NCBI GenBank assembly: GCA_049322915.1
Contig: JBMOPW010000007.1
Coordinates: 180,246 to 244,245 of the forward strand
DNA length: 64,000 nt
Origin: Candidatus Zhuqueibacterota bacterium
Lineage (GTDB): Bacteria > Zhuqueibacterota > Zhuqueibacteria > Thermofontimicrobiales > Thermofontimicrobiaceae
Direction: 5' to 3'
A program made the position numbers and the translations under genes. Below, one piece after another: positions 37,663-48,867 of the stretch (position 1 is its first letter; each line of letters opens with the position of its first letter). Below the pieces are notes generated by a model, which was given only the letters and a program-made list of their open reading frames with translations, searched no databases and was not told where the DNA came from.

Positions 37663-40617
37663 TTACAAATTATGTTTCACCACTGTTCGGTTCCCCTGGC
37701 TATTCGCGCCGACTGTCTCTTTCACTTGGTTGTTCGGCGACATCGCATGCCCCTGGGCCAATTTCTTGGTGAGGAAGGTTATGCGCGAGCGCGTTTTATC
37801 GACCCAGTCGTTCTTCACGCTATTTTCTAACGCCAGTTTTTCATTGGTCTGATAATATTTCATGGCTTCCGTTTCCAACGGGATAATCCATTGCTGTTGA
37901 ATCGTCGTCCAATAGGTGTTAAGTTCTTCCTTATTCAAATTGGGAGGCGCCGGGGATTTGAGAATATCGTGGCAAAATTTTTCGTAGCTCAGTCCCAGTT
38001 GATAAAAGGCGGCCGTTGTCCACTCGGCAATATTGAATTTTGTGACATCGACGTAGCACTTGAGCACGTCATTGAATGCCTGCTGTTTCCGCTTCAAATT
38101 TTGTTGGAAAGGCGGTTTCAACGCGATGGCTTCAAAAACAGTGCGCTTGATTTCTCCCTGCCGGAACGCTGCCTGAGCCGCGATGACATCATCGGCAAAG
38201 TCGCCGGCAGCCATCAACTGATCATATCTGGAAAGGACATTCTGATAACCGATCTGGGCTTTCTGGTTCAGGTTCTTTTTCTCATACGCATAGGCAACTT
38301 TGAACATGGCTTCGAGTGCCCGATCCGCATCGTTGGGAAATTTTTTGAGGTACCGATTGAAAATATCGGCTGTTGCCGTCCAGTCGCTGGTTTTTTCATA
38401 GGCCAATCCGGCATTGTACAGAGCGCCGGCAGCCTCTTTGGGATCGGTCAGCTTTTCGTGCAATGTGAGAAAATTTTTCGCCGCCAGGAAATACTGCCCC
38501 TCTTTTTCGCGGAGAACAGCCGCGCGGTAGATGGCTTCCTGACAATGCTCTGAATTCGGATATTTTTTGAAGAAGCTTTCAAAGTTCATCGCTGCCCGGT
38601 GAATCTGATTGGCTTTTTCAAATTGCAGCGCAGCCTCGAATAGCGACGCCTCCGCAATGTTTGGGTCCGTCGCTTCAACCGATGCGCGCTCGAATTTGAA
38701 GGCAGCTTTCTGAACATCACCCTGGGATTTCAATTTTTCGCCGATCTTGAAAGTCGATGACGCTAACATGATTTTGCTCTTTTCAACCAACTCCAGAGAA
38801 TCGGGATGTTGCTTTATCAAAATTGTCGACCAGCGTTCCGCTTCTTCGTACTTCTCCTGCTTGAATGCAAACAGGGCGAGCATGTTCAGGGCATTGCTTT
38901 TATGGTGGAGGCCTTTTTTCTGTTTCAGGATGGAACTCAATGCCGACATGGCAAATTTTTCGGCGGTGGCATAATTTTCTATTTTGCTGAAAATTTCAGC
39001 CAATTTCAATTTAACTTCCGGCCCTTTCTCCGACTCGGGGAACCATTTCAAAAACGCGGAACTGGCCTGGATCAGGTCTTTCGATGCGGCGCTATTTTTC
39101 AATTCCTCGGAGCCGGCAGTCGATGCGCTGTCGAAAGCTGACTGGCATAATCTGTCGTGGCAAACGAGATAGTTGTAACCGGCATCTTCGCGCAACTCAC
39201 TTTTCGGAAAAGCTTCGACCAGGTGCTGGTAATTTTCAGCAGCGTTGACGTAATCGTTGGTGTTGTACAGACATTCGGACAGGAAGAAATAAGCGTGATC
39301 CAGGCGTTCGTCTCCGGGAAACGTTTTGATGAATTGATCATATTTCTTTTCGGCGGCAGTGTATTTTTCTGCTGCGAAAAGGCTATCCGCCGTGCACAAC
39401 ATGGGTGTAGCGAGCTTGAAATCGATATCCGTCAACAGCGCGTTGAAAGCATCGCTGTTTTCCTTTTGATTGCTGGTCAGTGCCCATTGACTTTTCGGAC
39501 CGCAGGCGTCCACAAGGGCCGAGCGGGTTTTAAAACTTTTATCAATATCCCTTGATTTTTCATGGCAAGTAAAGAGCGAATAATAGACATACGGCATTTT
39601 AAAATAAAGCGGATAATTTTTTGTAACGTGATTAAAGGCCGATTCGGCATCCTCATAAAAATCGCGGCGCAGATAAATATCGCCCAGCTTGTGCAGAAAA
39701 TCGGGAGTATAGGCAGAGCCATTCATTTCATTAATGAACGCCAGCAGCGCTGAAACCCCGCCGAAATCGCTGAAGCTAATCGCGATGTATTCGATGGCCT
39801 CGTCCTTCAATTGAACCTGAGTTTTCCCCAATAAATCTGTATCAACGCTTTCCAGCAAATGGATGTCGTTCAGCAGATAATAAAATGTGCTGATGGCGTC
39901 CGAGTAGTTTTCCATTTGATAATGGCACCACGCGATCTTGTACAGCGACATGGCAAAATATGGACTGTCCCAACTCTGTAAAATTTGCTGGTACGTATTG
40001 ATGGCCACGTCGTATCGCTGCTCGTCAAAATAGCATTCGCCCAGTCTAAAGATGATTTCGGCAAGATAGGTGGAATCCGGATAGTTCGCAATGAGATTTT
40101 CAAAAATCTGTCGCGAGCTGTCCCTGTGACCCATTTCGTACAGGCAAATACCGGTGCGGTACATAACTTTTCCGATGTAAGGCACCTGCGGGAACTCTTT
40201 AACAATGCGGCGGTTTATTTCAAGTGTGTTTTTGTAATCCAACACCGGCTCGGTCGGTTCGACCGCCAATTTTTTATCGTCAAATAGCTCAAGTTCACGA
40301 TCATATTTAATCATGGCTAATTCGAAATGAAGTTTCTCTTTTCGAACTTCCCACTCAGAAAGCTGAAACAAAAGCTCCGGAAGAAATAATGAATCCGAAA
40401 ATGCCCGAACGGCATTTCTGGCAAGTTGGGTAGCCTGGTCGACTTTCTTTGTTTCCTGTACCAGGGCGCGAATCCGTTCTTTCTCGGAATTCGCTTCATG
40501 GGTTGCCTGGCTGGTCTGTGCAATCACTGGATTCGCGATGATTGCAGCCATGAAAAAAGCAAAAATGAGGAAGCGGATGGCGCAAGTTCCTTGACGCAAA
40601 ATTACTGAAGATTTCAT
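37663..40617 (-). CDS. Large exported TPR protein
   Basis: Signal peptide and many TPRs with YPxS/FPxS turns. Start placed at MKSS after a GGGGG RBS. Confidence 0.85.
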   Translation of the reverse strand: MKSSVILRQGTCAIRFLIFAFFMAAIIANPVIAQTSQATHEANSEKERIRALVQETKKVDQATQLARNAVRAFSDSLFLPELLFQLSEWEVRKEKLHFELAMIKYDRELELFDDKKLAVEPTEPVLDYKNTLEINRRIVKEFPQVPYIGKVMYRTGICLYEMGHRDSSRQIFENLIANYPDSTYLAEIIFRLGECYFDEQRYDVAINTYQQILQSWDSPYFAMSLYKIAWCHYQMENYSDAISTFYYLLNDIHLLESVDTDLLGKTQVQLKDEAIEYIAISFSDFGGVSALLAFINEMNGSAYTPDFLHKLGDIYLRRDFYEDAESAFNHVTKNYPLYFKMPYVYYSLFTCHEKSRDIDKSFKTRSALVDACGPKSQWALTSNQKENSDAFNALLTDIDFKLATPMLCTADSLFAAEKYTAAEKKYDQFIKTFPGDERLDHAYFFLSECLYNTNDYVNAAENYQHLVEAFPKSELREDAGYNYLVCHDRLCQSAFDSASTAGSEELKNSAASKDLIQASSAFLKWFPESEKGPEVKLKLAEIFSKIENYATAEKFAMSALSSILKQKKGLHHKSNALNMLALFAFKQEKYEEAERWSTILIKQHPDSLELVEKSKIMLASSTFKIGEKLKSQGDVQKAAFKFERASVEATDPNIAEASLFEAALQFEKANQIHRAAMNFESFFKKYPNSEHCQEAIYRAAVLREKEGQYFLAAKNFLTLHEKLTDPKEAAGALYNAGLAYEKTSDWTATADIFNRYLKKFPNDADRALEAMFKVAYAYEKKNLNQKAQIGYQNVLSRYDQLMAAGDFADDVIAAQAAFRQGEIKRTVFEAIALKPPFQQNLKRKQQAFNDVLKCYVDVTKFNIAEWTTAAFYQLGLSYEKFCHDILKSPAPPNLNKEELNTYWTTIQQQWIIPLETEAMKYYQTNEKLALENSVKNDWVDKTRSRITFLTKKLAQGHAMSPNNQVKETVGANSQGNRTVVKHNL

Positions 40618-41040
40618 TGTGCCCCCAATTTTAAGATTGGATGATGCATAACGTACTACCTCTGGCGATTTTTTAACAAGAGGAGGCATGAATTTATTTT
40701 CCGAGCGCAGCGGCAACTCAAAGAATGCGGCGGCACTCTGTCAATTAACCAGTTTGATAAAAAAAATTATTATCAGAAGCGAAACGAGTGACTGTTGAGA
40801 AAAAGGCTATTTATAGTAAACATGGGCTAATATAATTTTCTTTGTTTTAAAAGTCAAGAAAAAAACTGGGACTTTTATTTTAATAACACATAGTAAATCA
40901 AATGTTAAAGCTTATTAATACATTGTAAGGCTATTTAAAAACAGCTAATAATAATAGAAAATGCTCTGCGTCATATTCTGGAAATTTCAAATTTGAAATC
41001 ATACTAGAATTTTTTCAGATAATAAATCATTATTTTTTTA

Positions 41041-41069
41041 TTGACTTTCAATAGACTTTTCGATATATT
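41041..41069 (+). promoter_or_regulatory. Sigma70-type promoter (divergent partner at 40829-40857, minus strand)
   Basis: Both read TTGACT-N17-TATATT. Confidence 0.6.
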
Positions 41070-41184
41070 AAGGCTCGAAAAAACAGCGATGCCAGGGGCA
41101 ATTTGTCCTGTCCGTTCGTGGTTGCATTTTACCCATACCTGGGAGAATGCGCGAATCCCGATTTTGTTTGAAGGAGTGATTGGT

Positions 41185-41736
41185 ATGAAGAAAAATGGAC
41201 TCTATCTCGTTTTGGTTGCACTGATATTCCTGATGTTCGGATGCAGTGGCACACAGCAGTTAACCAAAGAGAGCGATACAGCAGTTGAAAAACAGCGAGG
41301 AACCGGGATAATAAATGAATATTTCGATCCCCTCATTCTGGAAGATGACGATCTGGTTATTAAAAAAACGATCAGCACAGAATCACGATCCGATAACATG
41401 GAAGCTGTTTTGACAGAACCGACGATGACAGGAACGCAGCCGGATCAACTACCTGGTTTTCGTGTCCAGATTTGCGCGGTATCCGAAGAAGAAAAAGCCC
41501 GGCAAATTCAGCGAGAGGCCATCCTTCGCTTCACCGAAGAAGAAGTGTATTTGATCTACGATAATCCGTATTATAAAGTCCGTGTTGGCAATTGTTTAAC
41601 CCGCTATGATGCGGACAAATTGCAGCAGTTTGCAGTTGAAAAAGGATTTACCGATGCCTGGGTTGTCAAGACAAAAATAAAGCCCAATCCGCAAAAAGAG
41701 GTTCCTCAGAATCCTGATTTGAATGCTCCCAAATAA
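41185..41736 (+). CDS. SPOR-domain lipoprotein
   Basis: FGC lipobox and GFRVQI...PYYKVRVG...GFTDAWVV. AAGGAG RBS. Confidence 0.85.
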   Translation: MKKNGLYLVLVALIFLMFGCSGTQQLTKESDTAVEKQRGTGIINEYFDPLILEDDDLVIKKTISTESRSDNMEAVLTEPTMTGTQPDQLPGFRVQICAVSEEEKARQIQREAILRFTEEEVYLIYDNPYYKVRVGNCLTRYDADKLQQFAVEKGFTDAWVVKTKIKPNPQKEVPQNPDLNAPK

Positions 41737-41930
41737 TGTTCGCACGAAGCCTGAATTTTCGGACAAGTGGTCGTCAAGCCCGGAAATTCAAGCTTTGTCT
41801 GCGACGATCCAAAATGCCCTATCAAACTGACTTAAAAAATTGAAAAACATACGTGAGAAATAATTTTTCATTTGGAATATGGTAAAAAATTTATTAAATT
41901 AGGCGGTTTATTTTCATTAGGAGAACAACT

Positions 41931-42683
41931 ATGTCAGGTCACTCGAAATGGAGTACAATAAAACGTAAAAAAGCAAAGACCGATGCGCAGAGGGGAAAGA
42001 TCTTCACCAAGATCATCAAAGAAATAACGGTTGCAGCGCGCACCGGGGGAGGCGATGATACCTCCAATCCCGCATTACGAAATGCGATCCTTGCAGCCAA
42101 AGCCGCCAACATGCCGGCGATGAATATCGAACGGGCCATTAAAAAGGGAACTGGTGAATTGCCGGGTGTCGTCTACGAAGACATCACCTACGAAAGCTAT
42201 GGTCCGGGTGGCACGGCGCTGCTCATTCACGTCCTGACGGACAATAAAAATCGCACCGTTTCCGAGATACGGCACATCCTTTCCCGGCACAACGGCAGTC
42301 TGGGTGAGAGTGGTTGCGTTTCCTGGAACTTCGAAAAGAAGGGAATCATCACTGTGAATTCGGATAAAATTTCCGAGGATGATTTACTGGAGATAGTGGT
42401 CGAAGCCGGCGGTGATGACCTGCGCAAGGAAGACGATAGCTTCGAAATTATCACCCGTCCAGATGCGTTTGAGAGCGTCAAAGAGGCGCTGGCTCAAAAG
42501 AATATCGAAATCATCGAAGCCGATTTGACCCTGCATCCGAAGACCACGGTGAAGGTCGAACGGAAGGAAGCGGAACAACTGCTGAAGTTGGTGGATTTGC
42601 TGGAAGATCACGATGACGTCAATAACGTGTATGCCAACTTCGACATCGACCCTGAGATCATGGCGGAACTGGAGCAGGAATAA
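41931..42683 (+). CDS. yebC: YebC/PmpR family protein
   Basis: MSGHSKW, YGPGG, TDNKNRT and DDV..VYAN. Confidence 0.96.
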   Translation: MSGHSKWSTIKRKKAKTDAQRGKIFTKIIKEITVAARTGGGDDTSNPALRNAILAAKAANMPAMNIERAIKKGTGELPGVVYEDITYESYGPGGTALLIHVLTDNKNRTVSEIRHILSRHNGSLGESGCVSWNFEKKGIITVNSDKISEDDLLEIVVEAGGDDLRKEDDSFEIITRPDAFESVKEALAQKNIEIIEADLTLHPKTTVKVERKEAEQLLKLVDLLEDHDDVNNVYANFDIDPEIMAELEQE

Positions 42684-42757
42684 TTCACTTTCAAGTCTGC
42701 CACTGGACAGAGTTGGTTTGCTGTTATTTTCGTTATCGATGAAAAAATGAGCGCACC

Positions 42758-43246
42758 ATGCTAATTCTCGGCGTTGATCCGGGCATTCAACATGTGGGGT
42801 ATGCGGTTTTGGAAGCTGTTGGGGGTCAAATTGCAATCAAGCACTTCGGCAGCATCGATACCGATACATCCATGCCGTTCGAAAAACGGTTGAAAAAGAT
42901 TTATGATCAATTGGTCGAAATGATCGCGCAATTTCAACCATCGGTGTTGGCGCTGGAGGAGGTTTTCTACTCGCACAATGTCAAGGTCGCTTTGAAACTG
43001 GGTCACGCGCGTGGCGTGACGTTGATCGCCGCAGCGAATTTTGGCATTCCGGCCGCTGAATATTCACCCCGGGAAATTAAACAGGCTGTGACTGGCAACG
43101 GAAATGCCTCGAAACACCAGGTGCAACAAATGATTGGGCGATTGCTGAATCTCGCGTCAATTCCAGGCCAGTATGACCTCACCGATGCAATGGCTGTTGC
43201 GTACTGCCACAGCCAGAGGATGAAGATAAAATCCATCGTACAATAA
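42758..43246 (+). CDS. ruvC: Holliday junction resolvase RuvC
   Basis: ILGVDPG, EEVF, LGHARG and GNGNASK. Confidence 0.95.
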   Translation: MLILGVDPGIQHVGYAVLEAVGGQIAIKHFGSIDTDTSMPFEKRLKKIYDQLVEMIAQFQPSVLALEEVFYSHNVKVALKLGHARGVTLIAAANFGIPAAEYSPREIKQAVTGNGNASKHQVQQMIGRLLNLASIPGQYDLTDAMAVAYCHSQRMKIKSIVQ

Positions 43247-43269
43247 ATTTCAAGCACGCGGAATAATGC

Positions 43270-43872
43270 ATGATACATTTTTTGCAGGGTATCCTCGTTG
43301 ATAAGTCGCCGACCAAAGCCGTCCTGGATGTGCAGGGAGTTGGATTTGAATTAAATATCACGTTGCCCTGTTTTGAAAATCTTGCTGAAATTGGCCAGAC
43401 CGCTCACATCATTACCTATCTTCATGTTCGGGAAGACATCCTGCAACTGTACGGATTCTCTTCGCGGGCAGAACGCGAACTTTTTTTACAGCTCATCGGC
43501 ACGCCGGGGATTGGGCCGAAAAAAGCCCAGGCAATTCTCTCCAGCGTGACCGTTGATCTTTTTCAGAGATATATCATCGAAGAAGATTTGAATGCTCTAA
43601 CCTCGCTCTCCGGCGTTGGGAAGAAGACAGCGCAGCGATTGATACTGGACTTGAAGGACAAAATTTCTCTGCTTCCGCTCACAGGCCAGGCAGTTTTACC
43701 GGAACGGAAAGTGACAGAGCTCGATCGATTGATCGACGATGCACTGCTGGCATTGACATCGTTAGGATTCAATAAAAACAGCGCCCAGACGGCGATTCAG
43801 AAAGTACTGCAGCAGACTGACGGGAGACTCGCCCTGGAAGAAGTAATCAAGCAGGCATTGCGCCTGTTGTGA
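43270..43872 (+). CDS. ruvA: Holliday junction branch migration protein RuvA
   Basis: VRED..LYGF, GIGPK and GVGKKTAQR. Confidence 0.95.
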   Translation: MIHFLQGILVDKSPTKAVLDVQGVGFELNITLPCFENLAEIGQTAHIITYLHVREDILQLYGFSSRAERELFLQLIGTPGIGPKKAQAILSSVTVDLFQRYIIEEDLNALTSLSGVGKKTAQRLILDLKDKISLLPLTGQAVLPERKVTELDRLIDDALLALTSLGFNKNSAQTAIQKVLQQTDGRLALEEVIKQALRLL

Positions 43873-43894
43873 CATCATTTTTTTGTGCACGATT

Positions 43895-44926
43895 ATGACT
43901 GTTGAGCAGAAACATAGCCCCACCAATCCAGATCGGTTTGAGGACGAGTTAGAAATAGACCAGAATTTGAGGCCATTAAAATTTTCTGACTTCATCGGCC
44001 AGGAGAAAATAAAAGCCAATCTCAATGTCTTCATTCAGGCGGCGAAAACGCGCGGCGAGGCGTTGGATCATGTCCTGTTTTATGGCCCGCCTGGATTGGG
44101 CAAAACAACGCTGGCGCATATCATTGCCAGTGAACTCCATTCCAATGTCAGAATGACTTCCGGCCCGGCATTGGAGAAGGCCGGCGACCTGGCCGGCATT
44201 TTGACCAATTTATCCGACCGGGATGTGTTATTCATCGACGAAATCCATCGGTTGAATCACACGATTGAAGAGTATTTATATCCGGCGTTGGAGGATTTCA
44301 AGCTCGACATTATTCTGGATAAAGGCGCAAACGCGCGATCGATTCAATTAACGCTGCCCCATTTCACACTCGTCGGTGCGACCACCCGCGCCGGCTTATT
44401 GACGTCTCCCTTGCGCGCCCGGTTCGGTGTGGTGAGCCGCCTCGATTATTATACTGCCGAAGAGTTACAGATCATTATCAAACGGTCAGCGAAAATTATG
44501 GATATTGCAATTGATGAAAACGCTGCCTTTGAGATCGCTCGTCGCTCACGAGGAACACCACGCATTGCCAACCGCCTCCTGCGTCGTGTAAGGGATTTTG
44601 CCCAGGTCACCGGCGATGGAACGATTGACATGGAAATAACGCACAAGTCCCTGCTGCAACTTGATGTCGATGAGAGAGGACTTGATGAAATGGATAAACG
44701 AATCATAAAAACGATCATCACAAAATTCAAGGGTGGGCCTGTTGGTGTCAATACGTTAGCTTTAGCCGTGGGAGAAGAAAGTGGTACTCTGGAAGAAGTG
44801 TATGAACCATTCCTGGTTCAGCAAGGATTTTTAAATCGCACGCCGCGTGGTAGGATGGCCACTGAGCTTGCATATTCACATTTTGGCTTGGCTTTTAAGA
44901 CTCACGACCAACAAAAATTATTTTAA
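43895..44926 (+). CDS. ruvB: Holliday junction helicase RuvB
   Basis: [19 protein letters not shown] and [11 protein letters not shown]. Confidence 0.97.
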   Translation: MTVEQKHSPTNPDRFEDELEIDQNLRPLKFSDFIGQEKIKANLNVFIQAAKTRGEALDHVLFYGPPGLGKTTLAHIIASELHSNVRMTSGPALEKAGDLAGILTNLSDRDVLFIDEIHRLNHTIEEYLYPALEDFKLDIILDKGANARSIQLTLPHFTLVGATTRAGLLTSPLRARFGVVSRLDYYTAEELQIIIKRSAKIMDIAIDENAAFEIARRSRGTPRIANRLLRRVRDFAQVTGDGTIDMEITHKSLLQLDVDERGLDEMDKRIIKTIITKFKGGPVGVNTLALAVGEESGTLEEVYEPFLVQQGFLNRTPRGRMATELAYSHFGLAFKTHDQQKLF

Positions 44927-44937
44927 GGAGCCACAAA

Positions 44938-45966
44938 ATGAAACTGTCTGATTTTAAATACAATTTACCAGGTGATCTCATCGCACAGTATCCAACCGAT
45001 AAACGTGATCAATCTCGGCTCATGATTCTGGATCGGCATACTGAAACCATTGAAACAAAAAAATTTTCCGATATCACCGACTATATAAATGAAGGCGACA
45101 GCCTTGTCCTAAACCATACGAAAGTATTTCCAGCGCGATTGATGGCCACGAAAGATAAGACCGATGCTCAGGTTGAGATTTTTCTGCTTCGCGAGTTGGA
45201 AAACAGTCTTTGGGAAGTGCTGGTGAAGCCGGCTCGCAAAGTTCGCGTGGGCAATCGGCTTACAATTAGCAAAGACTTTATCTGTGACGTCATCGATAAT
45301 ACCGTATCCGGGGGACGTGTGGTGCGCTTCAGCTACGAAGGTGACTTTTTCAATATTGTTGAGAAGATCGGAAAATCACCATTGCCTCCTTATATTAATA
45401 GAGAGCCGGAAGATATGGATAAGGAGCGCTACCAGACAGTCTACGCCAGTGTCCGCGGCGCTGTGGCAGCGCCAACAGCCGGGCTGCATTTCACCCGGAA
45501 GCTCATCGACAAAGTAGAAAAAAAAGGTGTGAATATTGTCCATGTTCTGCTGCATCTGGGTCTGGGAAGCTTTCGTCCGGTCATGGTTGAAGACCTGAGC
45601 CGGCACAAGATGGATTCCGAGTTTTTTGAAATAAGTCAAGCGGCATCGGATACCATTAACAAAACCATCAAAAGCGGCGGCAAAGTGGTCGCTGTCGGTA
45701 CAAGCACCGTGCGTGTGCTGGAATCTGTTGTCACTACGGAAGGCTATGTGAAGCCTTTAAAAGGCTGGACGGATAAGTTTATTTATCCACCTTACGATGT
45801 GAAGATTGTGGACCGCATGATTACGAATTTCCATTTACCCTGTTCCACGCTCATCATGCTGGTTTCGGCGTTTGCTTCCCGGGACTTCATTTTCCGCGCG
45901 TATCAAAAAGCTATCGATGAGAAGTGGCGTTTTTACAGCTACGGCGATGCGATGTTAATCATCTAA
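44938..45966 (+). CDS. queA: S-adenosylmethionine:tRNA ribosyltransferase-isomerase
   Basis: IAQYP, LPPYI, AAPTAGLHFT, TNFHLP and FYSYGDAM. Confidence 0.97.
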   Translation: MKLSDFKYNLPGDLIAQYPTDKRDQSRLMILDRHTETIETKKFSDITDYINEGDSLVLNHTKVFPARLMATKDKTDAQVEIFLLRELENSLWEVLVKPARKVRVGNRLTISKDFICDVIDNTVSGGRVVRFSYEGDFFNIVEKIGKSPLPPYINREPEDMDKERYQTVYASVRGAVAAPTAGLHFTRKLIDKVEKKGVNIVHVLLHLGLGSFRPVMVEDLSRHKMDSEFFEISQAASDTINKTIKSGGKVVAVGTSTVRVLESVVTTEGYVKPLKGWTDKFIYPPYDVKIVDRMITNFHLPCSTLIMLVSAFASRDFIFRAYQKAIDEKWRFYSYGDAMLII

Positions 45967-45978
45967 TGGAGTTGCTGA

Positions 45979-46674
45979 GTGAAATTATGTGCAATCATTG
46001 CAGCTGGCGGTCGCGGTCTGCGAATGAAGAGCGCTGTAAACAAGCAGTTCATAGAAATTGAAAAAAAACCAATCATTGCCCATACGCTGGAGATTTTCGA
46101 ACGCAATGCGCATGTCGATTATATTATCCCGGTCGTCCCTGAAGATTGGCTGCTGTACTTTGCTGAGAATGTGGTCGATACATACAGCTTTGCTAAAATA
46201 AACAAAATCGTCATCGGGGGCCAGAGTCGACAGGAGTCTGTCTTTGCCGGTCTGAAATCACTGGAAGCTGAAATAACCCATATAGTCATTCATGACGCTG
46301 TGCGGCCGTTTCTGGATCAGAGTTCGCTGAATGAGATTGTAGCGACCGGTGAACGAACCGGCGCGGCTATATTGGCCATGCCTGTCAGTGATACATTGAA
46401 ACAGGTTCAGAACGGAATAGTTGAAAAAACATTGGATCGTTCGGCGATCTGGCGCGTTCAAACACCTCAGATGTTCGAACGAATGGTCATCGTTCGGGCG
46501 TATCAAAAGGCATTCGAGGATGGGGTATGGGCGACGGATGATGCTTCACTTGTGGAGCGCCTGGGTTACAAGGTTCATATTGTGGAAGGCCGGGCTTCGA
46601 ATATCAAAATAACAACTCCAGACGATTTATTGTTAGCAACGTACATCCTGACAGCGAAGACGTATGTGATATGA
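45979..46674 (+). CDS. ispD: MEP cytidylyltransferase
   Basis: AAGGRGLRM..NKQF, IHDAVRP, QTPQ, TDD and NIKIT. Confidence 0.95.
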   Translation: MKLCAIIAAGGRGLRMKSAVNKQFIEIEKKPIIAHTLEIFERNAHVDYIIPVVPEDWLLYFAENVVDTYSFAKINKIVIGGQSRQESVFAGLKSLEAEITHIVIHDAVRPFLDQSSLNEIVATGERTGAAILAMPVSDTLKQVQNGIVEKTLDRSAIWRVQTPQMFERMVIVRAYQKAFEDGVWATDDASLVERLGYKVHIVEGRASNIKITTPDDLLLATYILTAKTYVI

Positions 46675-47147
46675 TTCGAATTGGTTTTGGATATGATGTT
46701 CATCGACTTGTATGCGATCGCAAACTTATTTTAGGAGGCATCGGGATTCCCTATGAAAAGGGTCTGTTGGGTCATTCAGATGCCGATGTGTTGAGCCATG
46801 CAATTGGTGATGCGTTGCTAGGGGCTGCGGCGTTGCGGGATATTGGCCATCACTTTCCTCCGAGCGAGCAGAAGTTTAAAGACATCTCCAGCCTCGTTAT
46901 TCTAAAAGAAATAACTGCATTGTTGCGACAGGCCGGCTTTGAAATCGTCAATGTGGACTCGACCATTGTAGCCGAAAATCCGAAGATGAAGCCCTACATA
47001 GACGCCATGGTGAGTGCATTAGGTGAAGTATTGGGTATTGAAATGAGTCAAGTATCCGTGAAAGCCACAACGACAGAAGGTCTGGGATTTACCGGAATAG
47101 GAGAGGGCATTGCTGCGTACGCTGTGGCTGTTGTCATGAAACGATAA
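46671..47147 (+). CDS. ispF: MECDP synthase
   Basis: RIGFGYDVH, GHSDADV and KATTTEGLG. Confidence 0.97.
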   Translation: MIRIGFGYDVHRLVCDRKLILGGIGIPYEKGLLGHSDADVLSHAIGDALLGAAALRDIGHHFPPSEQKFKDISSLVILKEITALLRQAGFEIVNVDSTIVAENPKMKPYIDAMVSALGEVLGIEMSQVSVKATTTEGLGFTGIGEGIAAYAVAVVMKR

Positions 47148-47216
47148 TTTTCTCTCCACGTGAAAACCAAACACCGGATGCATTTTGGCCAGATAATTAA
47201 TTATTGATAAGGATAG

Positions 47217-48659
47217 ATGTTCACTATGGAAACACGAGTACGATTCGCACCAAGCCCAACCGGACATTTGCATATCGGCAATGCGCGAACGGCAATATTG
47301 AATTGGCTCTTTGCCCGTCATATGAATGGAAAATTTTTATTACGGATAGAAGATACCGATCAGGAGCGGTCGGCTGACGAGTATATTAAATTTATTTATG
47401 AAGATCTGCGCTGGTTAGGTTTGTACTGGGATGAAGGCCCTGATGTCGGAGGCCCGCACAAGAATTATCGGCAATCGGAGCGACTGCCAATTTATCAAAG
47501 CTTCGCGAAAAAACTCATGGATCAGGGGCAGGCGTATTACTGTTTCTGCACGCCCGAGGAATTGGAAGTCGCGCGAAAAGAAAGCCTGGCTCGAGGCGAA
47601 AGCAGCATCTACAACGGCCGATGCCGTAATCTCACCAAAGCGGAACAGGACGCTTTCTTTACTGAGGGACGAAAGCCGGCCATTCGATTTAGAGTCCCTG
47701 ATGGCGCCATTTCATTCACGGATGTCGTGAAAGGGGAATTGACTTTCGAGCATGACAATATCGGCGATTTTGTCATCATGCGCGGGGAGGGCATTCCTAC
47801 CTATAATTTTGCCGCAGTTGTGGACGATGGTCTGATGGAAATAACGCATATCATCCGAGGCGACGATCATGTCTCCAATACGCCGCGGCAGGTGGTCATT
47901 TACAACGCCCTGGGATTCACTATTCCGGTGTTTGTGCATATCCCCATGATACTTGGCCAGGACAGAACGCGTCTTTCCAAACGGCATGGCGCCACATCCA
48001 TCGACCAGTATCGCTACAAAGGTTACCTGCCGGAAGTGATGATCAATTTTCTCAGCCTGTTGAGCTGGTCTTCAATTTCCGGCGATGAAATTCTTTCCAT
48101 CGAACGGCTGATCGAGGAGTTTGATTTCGGTAGAATTTCAAAATCGGCCGCAGTCTTTGATGTTGAAAAATTAAGCTGGATGAATGGATTCTATCTCAGA
48201 CAAATCGATTTGGATCGACTCACCCATCTGGCCATTCCATACTTGCGACAGGCAAATTACGCTGTGGATAATTTTGAAAATGTGAAAAGAAATATTAAGG
48301 TGATCCGGGATAAAATTGAGACACTGGATCAGGTTGTTGAACAGGCGGCGGTATTCTACCAGGATCATGCTGCAATCGACAACCCGGAGGCGAAATTGAT
48401 GGTACGCAAAGATAGTTCGCAAAAGATTTTCTGGTCCTTTCTTCGCGAGCTGAATACCATCGAGGTGCTGGATGTGGATATTTTCCGGCTCATCATGAAA
48501 ACAGTCCAGAAAGAGACCGGCGTGATGGGAAAGGATTTGTGGATGCCCATCCGCATCGCATTGACGGGCAAGATGCATGGCCCTGAGTTGCCCGAAGTCG
48601 CTGAGATACTCGGTAAAGAGAAATGCGAAAAATTCATCCGGGAATCATTGACAAAATAG
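47217..48659 (+). CDS. gltX: Glutamate--tRNA ligase
   Basis: RFAPSPTGHLHIG, LRIEDTD and LSKRHG. Confidence 0.96.
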   Translation: MFTMETRVRFAPSPTGHLHIGNARTAILNWLFARHMNGKFLLRIEDTDQERSADEYIKFIYEDLRWLGLYWDEGPDVGGPHKNYRQSERLPIYQSFAKKLMDQGQAYYCFCTPEELEVARKESLARGESSIYNGRCRNLTKAEQDAFFTEGRKPAIRFRVPDGAISFTDVVKGELTFEHDNIGDFVIMRGEGIPTYNFAAVVDDGLMEITHIIRGDDHVSNTPRQVVIYNALGFTIPVFVHIPMILGQDRTRLSKRHGATSIDQYRYKGYLPEVMINFLSLLSWSSISGDEILSIERLIEEFDFGRISKSAAVFDVEKLSWMNGFYLRQIDLDRLTHLAIPYLRQANYAVDNFENVKRNIKVIRDKIETLDQVVEQAAVFYQDHAAIDNPEAKLMVRKDSSQKIFWSFLRELNTIEVLDVDIFRLIMKTVQKETGVMGKDLWMPIRIALTGKMHGPELPEVAEILGKEKCEKFIRESLTK

Positions 48660-48867
48660 CCTTTAAAAATATGACCCATTTTTCGGATGACGGATATAAT
48701 ATAAATGAAGGAATGATGTCTGACTGAAACTGCAAGGCTTGTTCGAGGCGCAGATTACTCAGGGACAATCCTAATGGAATTCCACTGATTTGAAGAGCAA
48801 TTCAAACAGTACGACGGAACTGGAATTGTGTCGTCACTCGTAACAAAAGAATCAGAGGTTAAAAACG

